A DNA stretch of 64,000 nt from Tubiluchus corallicola (GCA_030141605.1 JAQGDQ010000094.1:124001-188000), one strand, 5' to 3'; counted from the stretch's first letter, positions 14,373 to 28,796 are shown. Numbers and translations are program-made. The notes: a model not told the origin generated them from the sequence alone.

Positions 14373-15036
14373 CAGGGGCGGAACTAGGGGGGAGCGAGGG
14401 GGCGCCTCCCTGTCAAAATTTGCGCCCCCTGCAAAATCGGACAAATAATTTTTTTTGCAGTGAAAATTGCAGTTCGCATGTAATCATTTTCAATGTGAAT
14501 TAGAATTAGGTAAAAAAGTGTTTGGTAGCTTCAGTGTGCGTGCAGACAAAACTCAGTGTGCATAGAGGTGTCTGTCACAGTGTAGGCCTACAGGGACCAC
14601 ACACAGTCACAGGCTCTACACACAGGCCAACAGGTCTGTGTGCACAGCTATAGGATGCTGGTGTAGCAGCGCTACCATGCTGAAATTTGAGACTTTTTGA
14701 AAACTTTAGACTTTTTTGTCCACGGAAGTATCGTTCTACATTTCATTTTGACATTATTTCCTGCGTATTATTTTCTTAAAACTTGTGTGTGATAAATTTC
14801 TGTAAATAACAATTTAGTTAGAGGCACATTAATAACGTTAGGTTAACTGAGAGTTAATTTTCTCATTATTGCTCTGTCCGCTACGCCGTCCTACACACAT
14901 GCTAATTATAGGCCTGCATGCAGTATAAAAGGGGTTAAAATTGGCTTAACCATTATTTAACCACTTCGGATACCTCGCCCTCCCAGAAAATTTTTGCACC
15001 ACCCCCCCCTTCTTGCCACATCTAGTTCCGGCCCTG
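14373..15036. mobile_element. Non-autonomous hAT-type DNA transposon (MITE), 664 bp
   Basis: TIRs CAGGGGCGGAACTAG / CTAGTTCCGGCCCTG (14/15 match) and a perfect 8-bp TSD AACTAAAC at 14365-14372 and 15037-15044. No transposase. Confidence 0.9.
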
Positions 15037-16394
15037 AACTAAACACGAAGCAGAAAAAGGCTAAAATCGAAAAATGTGCGAACATTACAATTACGTTTAA
15101 TTTCATTCTTTTTTATTCGTTCTTCTTCTTTGCTCTGTTGTTCTGTTTTCACTTTTCTCGTTGCAATTTGGCTCTTTTTAGTGCCTCTTGTTTTCTTTTT
15201 TTTGCTTTTTACTTCATACCCGAATTCCTTTCATTACTTTAACAGGTTTTCCGACGAGTTTTAACTTTCCGTTTTAAATCTTCTTACTCTAAACCAAATT
15301 TAATCAATATTCTTGTGATCCATTATTCCTCATAAGCGAAAAGGTGTCAAAACATGCAGTCAATAATTTTTAATTTCCCGCACAAATAATTGCGTGTGAC
15401 ATTAAAGTGATGGTGGGTGTGAGTTGTATGGTGTCAGTATAAAAATCCATTCGCTTTCTCATCAAATATTAATTCCTTAGCAAGAAACCAGAGATATTAC
15501 GACCGGTTTTAGCAGTAAATAATTAAATGCTTCCTTTTGTTCTTCTGAGTTGAAATTCAACACGTGTTTACTCTTTTCTTGCAGAAATTAAACAATTTTA
15601 TCGGTAATTTTCGTAAAAACAGTAATAAGGAAATCACTTACTATTTATACTTCTAAATTGCAAATTTAAAAAAAGCAAAAACAAAACTGTTGGATACGGA
15701 CAAAGTAGTAATTGAAGCAGAATTTAGGAAAAATTTTCTTGACGTGTAGTGAAATGGTAACTAGTCAAAATGTCTTAAAAATTCATGCAAAGACAAGCGT
15801 AGATATAGTATACTGTGCCAAAAACATGTATATCATTGCAAAACAAAAAATTACTTTAGTCAAAGGGAAGTGTCAGAAAAAGTAGAAAATGCATAGGACA
15901 TAAACGGGATACCAACAATCTAAAATGAAAGAGAAAGAGAGAGAAGGGGTCGGGAGAAGAGAGAGGGAAGAGAAGTGAAAGGAGATATAGAGAAAGAAAC
16001 TAATTATTGTCCATGATTCACCATCATTACTGGCTCTCCTCTCGCCTCATTTCATCCTATATAATCCGACGTGTGTCACGCTCAGTTTTTCAGTTTAATG
16101 AGAGCCTAGCTGTTATTATTACTTGTTGGGTGCTGCAATAATAGCCCTCGGTAAGCATCTAATGAGAATACAGCGGCTTCAGTAGCACTAGACTCATCAA
16201 TAAAAGCTTCCTAGTCCATTCATATGTTATCAAATCACCGATGTCTGATGACGGTGCATACATTCACAGCAGCAATGAATAAATAATTGCAATAGTTTAT
16301 AATCTCATCACTGGGTGGCGCTGCCGTGTTTTAATCGAGTTTATGCACATTGTAACTTGTAAAATATTTGAAATATAACACTCACTGTTAAACG

Positions 16395-16635
16395 GACTAT
16401 TCAACCATTACCGGCACCACCCAAGGCCCATTCCGGGTCTTTAGAAATAAGAGGTATAAGTATTGCAAGAAATGGCCGAAAAGGGGCGTTTTATGAAGGT
16501 TTTTCGCCCCCGTTCGTCCCGGCGGGCCAGATTCGAAAAATAAACGCCTTATGGCACGACCCTCGATCGAGACTTTTCCTTTATATATAGATCGCCGCAA
16601 ATGGTGCCGTCGTCTGAGCTGTAGCCTCGAATCTT
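16395..16635 (+). repeat. Dispersed copy of the ~250-bp core of the 760-bp unit
   Basis: Shares AGAAATAAGAGGTATAAG...GATTCGAAAAATAAAC...TAGATCGCCGCAAATGGT...CTGTAGCCTCGA with 17600-17830 and 18360-18585. Confidence 0.85.
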
Positions 16636-16639
16636 AGCC

Positions 16640-17070
16640 CACTCACAACACACAACACTACACCACCCACACCATACCCACCACCCACATCATAGCACGC
16701 CACCCACAACACACCACACCACACCACACCACACCCACTACACTACAACAACACCACACCACCCACACCCTATCACCCCAAAACCTTATCCACACCACGC
16801 CACCCACGCCACCCACACCATCAATACCACACCACACCACACCACCGAGACCATACTACACCACACAACCACACCACCCACAACACTCCACCACCACCAC
16901 ACACACACTACCACCACACCACGCCATTCACAGCATACCATCCACAGCACACCCATCACACTGAATCCACTATATCACATGATGATCACGATGATAGCGA
17001 TGATAATGATGATGACGACGACGATGACGACGACAGCTACAACACCAACACCAACAGCACAGCATCATAG
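16640..17070. repeat. CAC/CACAC low-complexity tract followed by (GAT/GAC)n
   Basis: Direct observation. Confidence 0.9.
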
Positions 17071-17516
17071 TAAAACCATGCAAAACAATTTTGCACAAAG
17101 TTAAAATGTGTGCTATAACAAATGCTCTTAAACCCATCCACCAATGATCAATAATGCACGGACATTCTACATAGTTTTTCTTACTACTTCTCATGTGGTA
17201 ATAGGCTAACAGAACTTACTTGCGTGTGCAATCTAAACACATTAGAATAGCGGATGATGATAATACTTGGAACAGCCGCAAAATTTCTCAAACTCAAAGA
17301 CAATGGATGTTCTCAATAGCGTGCAGCACAGGGGGTAGAAAAAAAACTTCGAAATACACCCCTCCCGTTTCGCCCATTATGCATTTCCCCCAGCAAAACC
17401 TTCAATATCTTGTAGATTGTTTCGTCCTCTTTTCTGCCTGTGTGCTTATTTTTTCCCAGCATACCCAAACAGTTGCACAAACTGAGTTTTCCTAGAAGCT
17501 GTTTGAGCAATTTCCG

Positions 17517-19070
17517 TGGATGGGTCCGGGAAAACGCCCGTCATGGGGCGCCGCTGCCCTCAGCAGAATTCTAAATATGGCTATAACACCCACCGTAGAA
17601 CGGGTTATTTAACCATTACTGGCACCATGCCAGGCACATTCCCGCTCTCCAGAAATAAGAGGTATAAGTTTTGCAAAAAATGGCCGTTTTTGGAGGTTTT
17701 TCGCCCCCCGTTCATCCCGTTGGGCCAGATTCGAAAAATAAACGCCCAATGGCAAATCTGTGTGTCCGGACCTTTCGTTTGATGTATAGATCGCCGAAAA
17801 TGGTTCCGTCGTTGGAGGCGTAGCCTCGTCGGTTATATATCCACCCATATGTATATATACCACGAAAATTAATATATACGACTAGCAAAGGCCCCACAAA
17901 AAATTTTGCTTATAAATCCACTCATAATCAAAAATACGCGAACATCCTACATTGTCCTCATTTATAATGCAAAGCCAGTAGCTTTAACTGAATTAAAGTT
18001 ATAATGTTATAGACAGAGTATAATGGATGACGTCAGAACAATGGCTTTGCGGTCAGCAGTTTTCCAAGCGAAAATTGCCAAAAATTGAACATCTAATTAA
18101 CTCGTCGGTACTCCTTTTGTTGGACGTGTCCTAAAATATAGCCCACATCATCGTGTAGCCCTGTTCTTCCTCTTTCTAAAGAGCTATATATCTCCTTCCG
18201 AAAGTCCCACCAGGCGCTGCTAGAACGTTTTTTCCGCATGCTGTTTGGTCAAAATTTCAAAAAAATCGCGAGTTGGGTCCGGGAAAACGCCCGTTACGGG
18301 ACGCCGTGGCCATCTCGCAAATTCTAAATGCACCTATGACACCCACCGCTGAACGGGCTATCTATCCATGGCCAGCACCAGCCATGGCCGTTCCCGTTCT
18401 CCAGAAATAAGAAGTATAAGTTTTGCAAAAAACGGCCGAAAAATTTTTGGAGGTTTTTCGTCTCCCGTTCGTCCCGGCGGGCCCGATTCGAAAAATAAAC
18501 CCCCAATGGCACGACACTAGGTCGAGACCTTTCGTTTGATGTATAGATCGCCGCAAATGGTGCCGAGCTGTAGCCTCGATTCTAATATATATATATATAT
18601 ATATAGATATAACATACCAGCAGAATTAATATATACGACTAGCAAAGGCCCCGCAAAAAATTTTGCTTATAAATACACTTATAATCAAAAATGCGCTAAC
18701 ATTCTACCTAGTGTTTGTCTGTTTATCTAACACAAAGCCAGCAGCTTTTACTTAATTAAAGCTATAAGGTTATAGACAGAGTATAATGGATGACGTCAGA
18801 ACAATGGCTTTGCGTCAGCAGTTTTCCAAGCAAAAATTGCCAAAAATAGAACATATAATTAACTCCTCGGTACTCCTTTTGGTGGACGTGTCCTAACATA
18901 TAGCCGACATCATCGTGTAGCCCTGTTCTTTCTCTTTCTAAAGAGCTGTATGTCTCCTTCCGAGAGTACCACCAGGCGCCGCTATAACGTTTTTTCTGCA
19001 GGCTGTTTGGTCAAAATTTCGAAAAAATCGCGAGTTGGGTCCGGGAAAACGCCCGTTGCGGGACGCCGTC
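17517..19070. repeat. Tandem array of a ~760-bp unit (two copies plus the start of a third)
   Basis: TGGGTCCGGGAAAACGCCCGT recurs at about 17521, 18274 and 19035. 17865-18305 aligns closely with 18623-19070. Confidence 0.9.
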
Positions 19071-20394
19071 TTGACTCTCGAATGTTTGTAATTTAGTAAA
19101 TACGACAATTACGAAAACGTATTAGGGACATATATCTGATTATAAAAAATTTGGTTGTAACCAGAGTTTTGGCTGTTTGATTACATAGTGAGCGGTTAGA
19201 ACTGTCGTAACCACATTCAGATAGGCATACATCCTCAACATTTGAGATCTTGAGACCAAAATTATAAAGAATAGAAGAAAGTGTTAATTGAACGAAAGTG
19301 CATGTAGAACACAAATGAGTGAAGCGAAAACAAAAAAAAATCAACAACAAACTTGCAATCCCTAAAATATAGGGACGAAATGTCTTAAATGTAGAAATTT
19401 AAATACATTTGTATCGTGGAAAACTTACAAAAAATATAGCAATGTTGTTCTTAAATCATCCCATAAGATTGTAATACTGCATGCACTCTGTTTGCATCAT
19501 TAATGAATCAAGTATATCTCTAATCATAAATACATCTTGTCTCAATTTAGTTACTACAATAAATATTTCTGTATCATGTATGCTGAACAACATATATAAA
19601 AACAAGCTGAACAGTTTAGTAAAACGAAGGAGTTAATGGTCTGCCTCTAAGCTTGTATATTACAAGCACTGATTTATATACTGTCTCATTGCACAGGTGC
19701 GCTTTCCTATACCTGTAATCACAGGTATAACAACTTACAGGTGCACGGTTCTACTGACTGATCATAATAAGCCTTTGTGCCTAATTGCAATCCAATAATT
19801 TTACTAGAAATTGTGATATCCTAAAAGTTTCCCCGCGGTTTAACAGGTTCATCAACGATTTTGCTGCAACATACGCTGTATTTCCATTAGTTATCAAGAG
19901 CGCAAAAACCGAACTATTGTTTTCATTAGGATATTATAAGAAGTAAAAACAAAATCGCCTGAAAATTACCACACTGAAGTTATGCAAGGTGATGTATAAC
20001 GACGATAAATGTCAGAAATTTACGTAATTCTATTAGATTATTAGATTTTTCCAAACACCCAGAACTTTTAAATCAACAAGCCAAAGAAGTAAATGTTGGA
20101 AATATTTAGTACAACAAGTGTCCACAGTCTTTACTGCAACCTTCGCGACCCAAAAGCTGATAGAGTTTCTCACTTCTTAGTGAGGTATATTTAGTTCCTC
20201 CTCATGAAACCTCTGTGCACATTATGCAGCCGCCGTACACTCTCGGAATTCTAGATACAGAAGTTTTTATCATAGTCTATGAAGTAAGTCCTATTTTTTC
20301 TTGATAACAAATCTGTTATCATTGTCAGTGCTTTAGTTTTTGTGGTGAAGACATGATGTAAACTGGTTGATTACATTATTATTTTGCTACTAGT

Positions 20395-20580
20395 ACTGAG
20401 TGCTTTATGCATCAGCGTGGCTGTTTTTCGACTGATGAATAGCTAACATTGTTCGGGCATTTAAATTCTTAACATACGAAAGTTTTTTGACCATAATTTA
20501 AGAGCCACTAAGGCTATAGGCTTGTAACTTTCACAGCCAAAAGATAGTGCATTGCCATACCATACTGTGAACTTTTAACT
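20395..20580 (+). repeat. Old interspersed repeat, direct copy of 40268-40455
   Basis: Collinear blocks GTGGCTGTTTT, GCATTTAA, CATAA.TTAA...CCACTAA and CTGTGAA. Confidence 0.7.
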
Positions 20581-23500
20581 ATGTATCTCATCAAACTAAT
20601 ATTAATTATTAGTCCGTGATAGACAAAAATCAATAGTTTTGATCGTCATCGCTTAGGATTTTTTGAGCAAGTCTATAAACTGATTTAAAATGACAAAATT
20701 TTCCGTATTAATTGCAGTTGGTTTCCTTTGCCGATTATGCAACGCAAATCAGGGGTGACTCACGACATATTCAACAGCCGTATATTTCATTCATGCAACC
20801 GGCTACAATAATTCTATCAATCAAGATTCTTCTTCAGTCCGGATGTCTAAACAACCTGCCGTAAATAATTACGGGTTTCTGTCGTGGTTAGATGGATATT
20901 ATTTTACATGGGTGCACGAGTAAAATTAGCACTTGTTGATCACATGATGTACCGACTTAAAACCAAATGTTGAAATTACCAATAAAGTCAACAATGACAG
21001 TGAAACAATTTCCCACAATAAACGATTTTTATTTATTTTTTATTTTCTTATTAACCACTCTAGTAGCTACCAGCCTGAAATTCCCTATACCTATATTATT
21101 TCAGGCTATGATTTGCAATTACACACTCCATGAGTTATACAACACTGATATTGGTAGCTTTGAAGAAAACTTCTGTCACTGCGTCATTGAACATTGTATT
21201 TTAAACTACAAAATGATATAAGAGCAGCATTAATCAAATGTTTTTGCAAATGTAAATGTAACACTACGTTATACAATTATATTATAGAATGCCATGTGTT
21301 ACTTAAAATTAAATTGTTAGATCGTGATTTAATATAGTGGCTCAAAAGAAAGAATGAAAGAAAGAAAGAAACGAATAAAAGATGTGAAAATATCAAGTAA
21401 TGTATAATTAGCTTCGATTGATAGATTGCATTTTGACTGTTGTTTTAGTGCGCTTTACATCTTAGTATTCTGTAGACCCCTTCTGACATAATTCCCTCTG
21501 ACAAACGTTTTCACATTCAGTTTCCAAAATCAAAAGTTTTAATAAAATATTCTCCAATTAGACAACATTTGGACGCCCTTCTTGCTTGATTTTACTTTTC
21601 AGATTGTAATTTAATTATGTTGCTATAATTTTATGCGTTTATCTACTCTTATATTGTTTTTATCTCACGCAGTACTCTGGCTGTTTCTCACTTTACAGGT
21701 ACCTGTACTGTGATTACAAACAGGTGTTGTCATGAATGGATACGGTGATTTTCACCTGCACAATGCGAAGCGCTGATTGCAGTTGATCACTACAGGTAAT
21801 TTCTGTGAATACACAGGCATAATGCAAGTATAATACAGGTGTTCTGATCTCTCCCTGTATAATAACATCCATCAGTCTAAAGGGTGGATCTATGTAACCA
21901 AGCACAAGCCACAGGAAGCGGGTTTGGAATTTAAAACATGATTCTAAAAATACGCTCGCATTAAAATCAAATAACACAAATGTAAGCGTCTCAAGAAAAA
22001 CGAACTCATTGCTATGCTCGATTTCACAATTTTCTGTTTTGTTTTTGGTGCTTGTACTCTGTAAAATAACTTCTGTACATAAGTTATATAAGATTCATTA
22101 TGTACACGTATATCAAAGCTTTAATAGTCTTGGTATTTCTAACTACGAACATAATTTAATATGATTGACAGATTCGTGGATGTTAGTTCAGATTTTCTTC
22201 TTTAAATTAAATTCTAAATTTGAACCAGCAAAACAGATATTTCGAAGCGCACCTCGTCTAGTTTACTTCCGTACTCTGATCTGTCAACCTCAGCATCCTT
22301 TGATGCGCCTAACCTCTTAAGCATGTTGGGCAAGCCCAGTTGCTTTCTCTCATTTTCTATTTTTGATGTCGCATGTTCTTTCATTCTGGCAGAAAACCTC
22401 CGACACGTTCTATCACTAGCCGTAGAACATTTATGACAATCCCTGCATTGAGCAAACTCGTCTCATACACGTTGTCCACAAATGCATTTAGCAAATACAA
22501 AAACTCCTGATTTAAACTATCCACCGTAGTACGGTAAAGCGATATGCTATGCCTCATAATGTTTATAATTAGCGTTATATAGGAATAGCAAATATATCTC
22601 TAAAATCTTGTTTATATCCTGAAGAAGAAAACTGAAACTGGCTGCGAACTATCTGTTACACTTTTTGAAATTCAGAATTTAATTTAAAGTATTAAAGAAA
22701 AACTGAACTACCATCCATGATTCCTATTTATATATTATCATATTTAATCATATTTATATTATTATCCGTTGCAGTGTAGTGTATAATGACATAGATCCAG
22801 CCATCAAGAGTTTTTTATGTTTCGTTGCTTTCTTACCGGTTGCCCGGTTATCAAAATGTAATTGCATACCCGCTTAATAGTCATTTTTCAATATAGGTAC
22901 CCCCAAAGCCGGCACTTTACAATCGTAACCACTCTGAACCTTAACAACTCGCTCTACTGCTATGACGTCAGCACCATAGGGTAATTCTTGCATGCAATAT
23001 TAATAATTTTAGTCAATAATTAACAAAACTCCTGAATAATTAAATGTGTTTAGTCTCTACAGGAATGTGAGAAAAGCTGTTGCAGACAAGGCACTCAAAC
23101 AAATTTAATTCGGGTCCATTATGCACTGAATATAGCAAAACTAGTAGCTGGTTGTATCCGACAGAAGCGGTTGTATAGGGGGCAATCTTCTTGGGATAGA
23201 ACTTGGGGTGACGAGAATGAGTTTTTCAGCTTCATTGGTGCGACCCAAATACGTAACTTTCTCTGCTCTAACACCAACCACATATGCAGTTTTTTAATTC
23301 TAAGAGGAGCTGGAGCCCATCGTACAGCAGCTTACCGGGGCAGAGTTCTTTAGAGACGGGGATAATAAAGACCGTACACTGGGTTGACTGCCTTAGAGTC
23401 TAGAGAACTCTGGGGCTATAGTGCCTTCCCGGTGAACTCTTGGCTTAATAATTTCTGAGACGTCGTGCTCTTAGTACATGAATTTAAGGCCTAATCTTTG

Positions 23501-24009
23501 TGAGCTCCGACTTTACTGAGCTCAAGCCAGTGATCTTTAGTGCTGAGAAACTGTTGCTCTAGCGAACACCAGTCCATTGAGAATATATTCACCCTCCCAA
23601 ACGATAGGGCAGTCAGCCTGTTATCATTTTTTCACTCGGCTGTGGAATGTAGTCTTCGAAGACCATCATGAAAATGAGCGATTCACTTTATCAACTGCAA
23701 AATCTGTTATCACAAAGGCTTAGAAGAAAAATAATGCTGGTGTAAAAGAGAAAACTGAAAACGAAAAAGCTGCATATAGTTTTATAAACAGATACAATGA
23801 TTCAGTCACGTTGTGTATTTTTATATGTCCATTATTCGATTTTTTTATTAATCGTTTCAATTCTTGTTGTTAAGATTTATCTCCGTATACTAACTTCTTA
23901 GTTATTAATAATGTACGACGCAAATTGATTTTATCGATTTATTGGGAACATTGTTTTTATACTAAATTTCTTTAAACATTTTTCATCGAGTTTATGAATC
24001 TTGACTTAG

Positions 24010-24195
24010 CCTTGCATGCAAATTTTGTAACCTTCCTATCTTGCCTACCTACCTACCTACCTACCTATCAACCGACCGACCGATTGGCCTACCTACCTAC
24101 TTCTTGAATTAGCGTTGCTTGCAAATTTTGTAACCTCCTACCTACCTACTTACCTACCTACCAACCAACCTACCTTTCTACCTATCTACCTACTA
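24010..24195. repeat. (CCTA)n-containing ~105-bp duplication
   Basis: GCAAATTTTGTAACCT occurs twice, each time followed by (CCTA)n. Confidence 0.8.
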
Positions 24196-25392
24196 TTATG
24201 AGTTCTAACTACTCCAAACGAGCATGTAAAATAAGCACTACCGCGTTTTTATAACCTCCATAAATCTGTGTTTAATATAGTCTTTATAAGCCCTGTGTAA
24301 CATTTTAAACAAATTTGTTTTGAAAAAAGCGCTGAAATTATTGCGTAAATGGGTCAAACTGTGATTATCAAACGAAACTGATTGAACCATGCAGTACCCT
24401 TATTGTGTGAGCTATTGAATTAAGGGCAGGCAATATTCGATAGTATTTTGGCGTAATTTAACGTGAAAAACACACCAAAATTGAAAAAGTAAACTGAAGC
24501 TCAGGGTTTACCGCGTAAATTGGATTATTATTGTGTACTGGCAAAATAGCGTTATTAGTACCTAAATTAAAATAAATAAAGAAATTAAACGGCTTCGGTC
24601 TGGCCTGTTTCCCTGCATTCATTTTGGTTAAGTGTCTATCTGTTTTATTTTTGCTTAGACTAAATTTTATTCGGCGCTCTATAAATTGCCTAGGAAAAAT
24701 ATATTCAAAACTTAAGAATTGCATACTTCGCCAAAACAAACTGAGGCATTATATGTAATGTTTAGGAAAATTGTAAAAGAAATTATTTTAGACACTTTGC
24801 CTGGCTTGTCTTGGCACTCTATAAAATGCCTAGGCATTCTATAGAATGCTTGATTTCATGCATTGTCTGTAACGTGTACAACGTATGATGAAAACGTGCA
24901 AAATGTTCAACATCTCAGTCGTTTTTTAAACATGGCTGCACTGTAAGCAACATGCTAACCGGAAGTTGCACGTGGTCTGCTCGCTGCAGTCTGCACACCT
25001 GCAGTCCTATACATACATACTCTTGGAAAGGAAATCATATAAACTCTTGCAAACATAGCCCACCGGTCTGGACAGTGGGGCATATTGTAGGAGCCCCGCC
25101 ATCCCATGCATAAATTGAAATTATGAAAATGCTTGATGTCCAGGTGTGCCTCGATCAAGCTGCACAGCCTATAGAAGCTGCACATAAAGCAGTTATATAC
25201 AACACCTGGTCCAGAGAAACCTGCGCTTTCTTCTCTTCGTGAGAAATATTTCATGATTAAGTCGCTTAATGAATGAAGCATTGAAATAAGTTGTGTATGT
25301 TGTGCAGCAATAGCAAAAGACATCTACATATACATGATTTGTTTGCTTATAATCGTGTTGCTGGGGACATAAAAAGAGAGGGACCGTGAAAG

Positions 25393-25513
<121 letters not shown>

Positions 25514-28500
25514 GAGCTAGTTTGGGGCGTACAAAAAATTGTTCGAAATAAAGTAAATCAATCAATCTCTCCCTCTATCACCTTCTCTCTCTTTGTCTCT
25601 ATTTCATTTTTTCTCTTTCTCGATCTCCTTCGCTGCCCCTCTCTCCCACTCTCTCTCTCTCTCGCTTTCTCTCTGTCCTCCCCCCTCTCTCTCACTCTTA
25701 CAAACCATAACAATGATTAGTAATGCGCAGGATAAGCGAAGTAACTAGAATGAATGTCATCGTGCTCATGAATTGGATATCCTTCTTTAAAATAATCTTT
25801 AGTTTAAACATTTATTTCTTCTATTATTGTCATTAATGAATTTCAAAGTTTAACTATTTGCTTGACTACACAGTTTTCACATATTGTCTGTTTGTTCTAA
25901 TACTTTTTTCACTTAGTGTTATCTGACGTGAATTTACCAAACTATTAATTGTGAACTAGGTACAGTATAAATCAAAGTTAGTTAACTTTGCTCAATTTAT
26001 TTTAAACGACAAGCTATTAGCAACACTAGCCTAGTTTGCTCGTTTGCAGTCTGCCAAAATTAGGAAAACTTGTTAGAGGAGCACACGCACCTGTGAGGTT
26101 TGCAGTTGCATATAGATGCTTTTAATCAGGCTATGTGCAGGTATAATACATCCAGGTGTTCCATAAAGGTGTATAAATCGATACTGTGCATTATATTGGG
26201 AAGTCAAGTAACAGTGAAAAGCACTATAGGCTGCTTTTCATTAAGCTAACAGCTGTGTTACACGTATGACCATATTAGGAGTACCAGGGTTTTACCTTTA
26301 TTAATTGTTCACGGATGGCTGTCATTGCTTATATAAGTTCTTCATAATCAATATTTTTTGGTAAAATTGTGCCTTAATTGTTAGTAACAATATGTAGGGA
26401 ATATTTGTGGGCTTAGCAAACTTTGCTTGAAAGGAGTAAGTTAAATGAAATTTAGTGAGATTATTAGGACGAAAACATCAAATATGCGCGCTGGTCTTGC
26501 GTAGTGTTTCAGTGTTTAACCTTGTGAGATAAACTCGTCCGCGCTTTCGTGAAAGCTTCTTTTTGATTTTATAAAATTTCGATATCAGCAGAGATTGATA
26601 TGACTTCTTGAACACCGTGACAAAAACAATGCACCGAAGGCCCCTTCTAAATAAACCTTTCGAGTCAAGATGCCGGACGGGCATATGTGATCCTCAAGAA
26701 CTTACTGTCCAGAAAGACAAAAGTCAAGAAAATCAACGGTACTCCGGTTTTTATCCATTTATTTCACTTAGATCCCATTGATCGATACAATTTCCTGCCG
26801 TATAATCATAAAACAATACCAGATATGATTTGATTCACATCACTGCCCGGAATCACAATGACTCACAAGTAATGTGCAACGTGCATTATATTTTGTACAA
26901 ATACTAGGAATCACGTACTTCCATGCTTGCATTATACAACAGTACGTTACGTATTGTAAAGTCACTCCTCGGATTTCCCTGCACAGTAAAAATATTCAGC
27001 GAGTTTGGGTCCTCGAGATCTCCAAGATAATCCAAAACTCCAAACGCGAGGAAACATTTTTCAATATTGATTGGCCGATCCCTCTCCCACTTTTCAGAAA
27101 TGATCTGTATCCTGACTGCTGTCCCAGTGCTCTGTCAGCACTGTAGGGTTCGACGCATTTCTGCTAGAAGGTGTCACTACACAACGTCAGGGAAAACATA
27201 GGTGTGGCAAAAGTTTGTAAGAATCAGTTTGTAACTTGCAGTTTCGGACGGCCTAGATTCCCACCATGGCCATTGTAGGACAGCTTAGCTCTATTGACTA
27301 ATTGTTAGAAACCATTTTACGTTGCACGACTTTCTCCTGGCTGATTTAACGAAAACAAGAACGAGGAGAAGTAAATGATGCAACGAAATAAGTTTTGTAT
27401 ATTAATTTTGATATTTACTGGATTATTAAAGTTAATTGTATCGATATAATGGTGTTGTATGGATAAATGCCTAATAACATTAATTGTAGTAAAACGTGTC
27501 GAATAAAAGCTGGTAAATTTGCACATACATATATTTATTGAACTTTCTAGATAGACTGATCCATCAACCAGTTTTAAACTGTGGTAATTTCATAGGTGCA
27601 GATAAGTCAGGTTGTTTTTTAATTATATTTATCAGGTTACTCAGCATATTGTTAGTACAGTTCACTTAAATTTTTAAAACAGTCTGATGACGTAGAATCG
27701 ATCTAGGCAAAATGTTTGTAAACTATAGTTCTTGAACTTTAAGGCTTGCAGCTTTAGTTTCTAGGCTTTATGGCTTTTAACCTGTGTAATCATTACTGTC
27801 ACAGCTTTTGTCGGTGTATATTTTTGTTTATAAGTTTGTAAAGTTGGAAATTTTGTAAATGAGCTGTAGAAATAAACTTCTGGTTTGGAATGAATTTTAC
27901 TCAGTTACTCAAAATACACTAGGAAAATGTTCAAAAGCGTCTAAAGATGTCTTTTGCGCATGCGAAAATTAAATCGTATTCGGTGCACTTTGCGACCAAA
28001 ATTGCAATGAATAAGTTGCTGCCAGGAAATCTGCTATTGGGAGATTTCATCATCTGCCATACTGCCCCCGTCTATTTGCTTCGTTTTAACCACATCCGAA
28101 AGTGTTAAGATACCCAAGTCGGTTCACTATTTTATATTAGAGGATTATCCCTGATGATCGTTTACGTTCTGGTCCTACCACGAACAATTTCGGATTTGTG
28201 TTAAACTTTGCAAAACTGCGTATACCAGATGCGTTAGCAGCCCCCCCCCCCCCCAACTGCACATGATGAGATATTTCTGCAGGAGGTATGTCAAGTGGAA
28301 TTCTACCTCCCTTACTTGAAAAGTCAAAGAGATGGCTGGTTTTATGTTGTAAATTCTACGAGGCAGCCTCAAATGCCCAATGTAAAAGTCACTCATTTGG
28401 AAATTTGTTTCTTCAAACATTTTTTGTACCCCTTTCGAAAAATCGAACTTGTTATTAGTCCATTATTAAATAATTATCACGCAGCATATTAGGCTATTAT

Positions 28501-28601
28501 TTATTTTATTTTTGCTGTTTTCTTTCACAGTCCAGGTGAGTGTGGACGTGGTCAGGTCACGTGGCAGCGGCGGAAATGCTAAAATGGGGTCGTGCCAATA
28601 A

Positions 28602-28796
28602 CTGAATCCAGTTAAAAAAGTCAAAGGTAAAAAAGCGACAGAAAAAAGTGATGGGGGGAAAATCACAGAAAAAAAAGAAATAATGCTAACGCTAACGCTA
28701 ATCCTAACTCTAACCCCTAACCCTAGCCAGAATTAATTGTGAATATTTTCCTAACCAAAATTGTGATTTTTTTCCGTGACTTTATTACCGATCACC
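28602..28796. mobile_element. Possible short MITE with internal telomere-like TAACCC repeats
   Basis: Inverted subterminal motifs AAAAAAGTCA/AAAATCACA vs TGTGATTTTT/GTGACTTT, central TAACGC/TAACCC repeats, and ATAA on both flanks. Confidence 0.45.

Noticed and set aside
24955-25323. 122-aa minus-strand ORF in a GC-richer patch
   Set aside because: No recognisable domain or splice structure; more likely regulatory DNA (E-boxes present).
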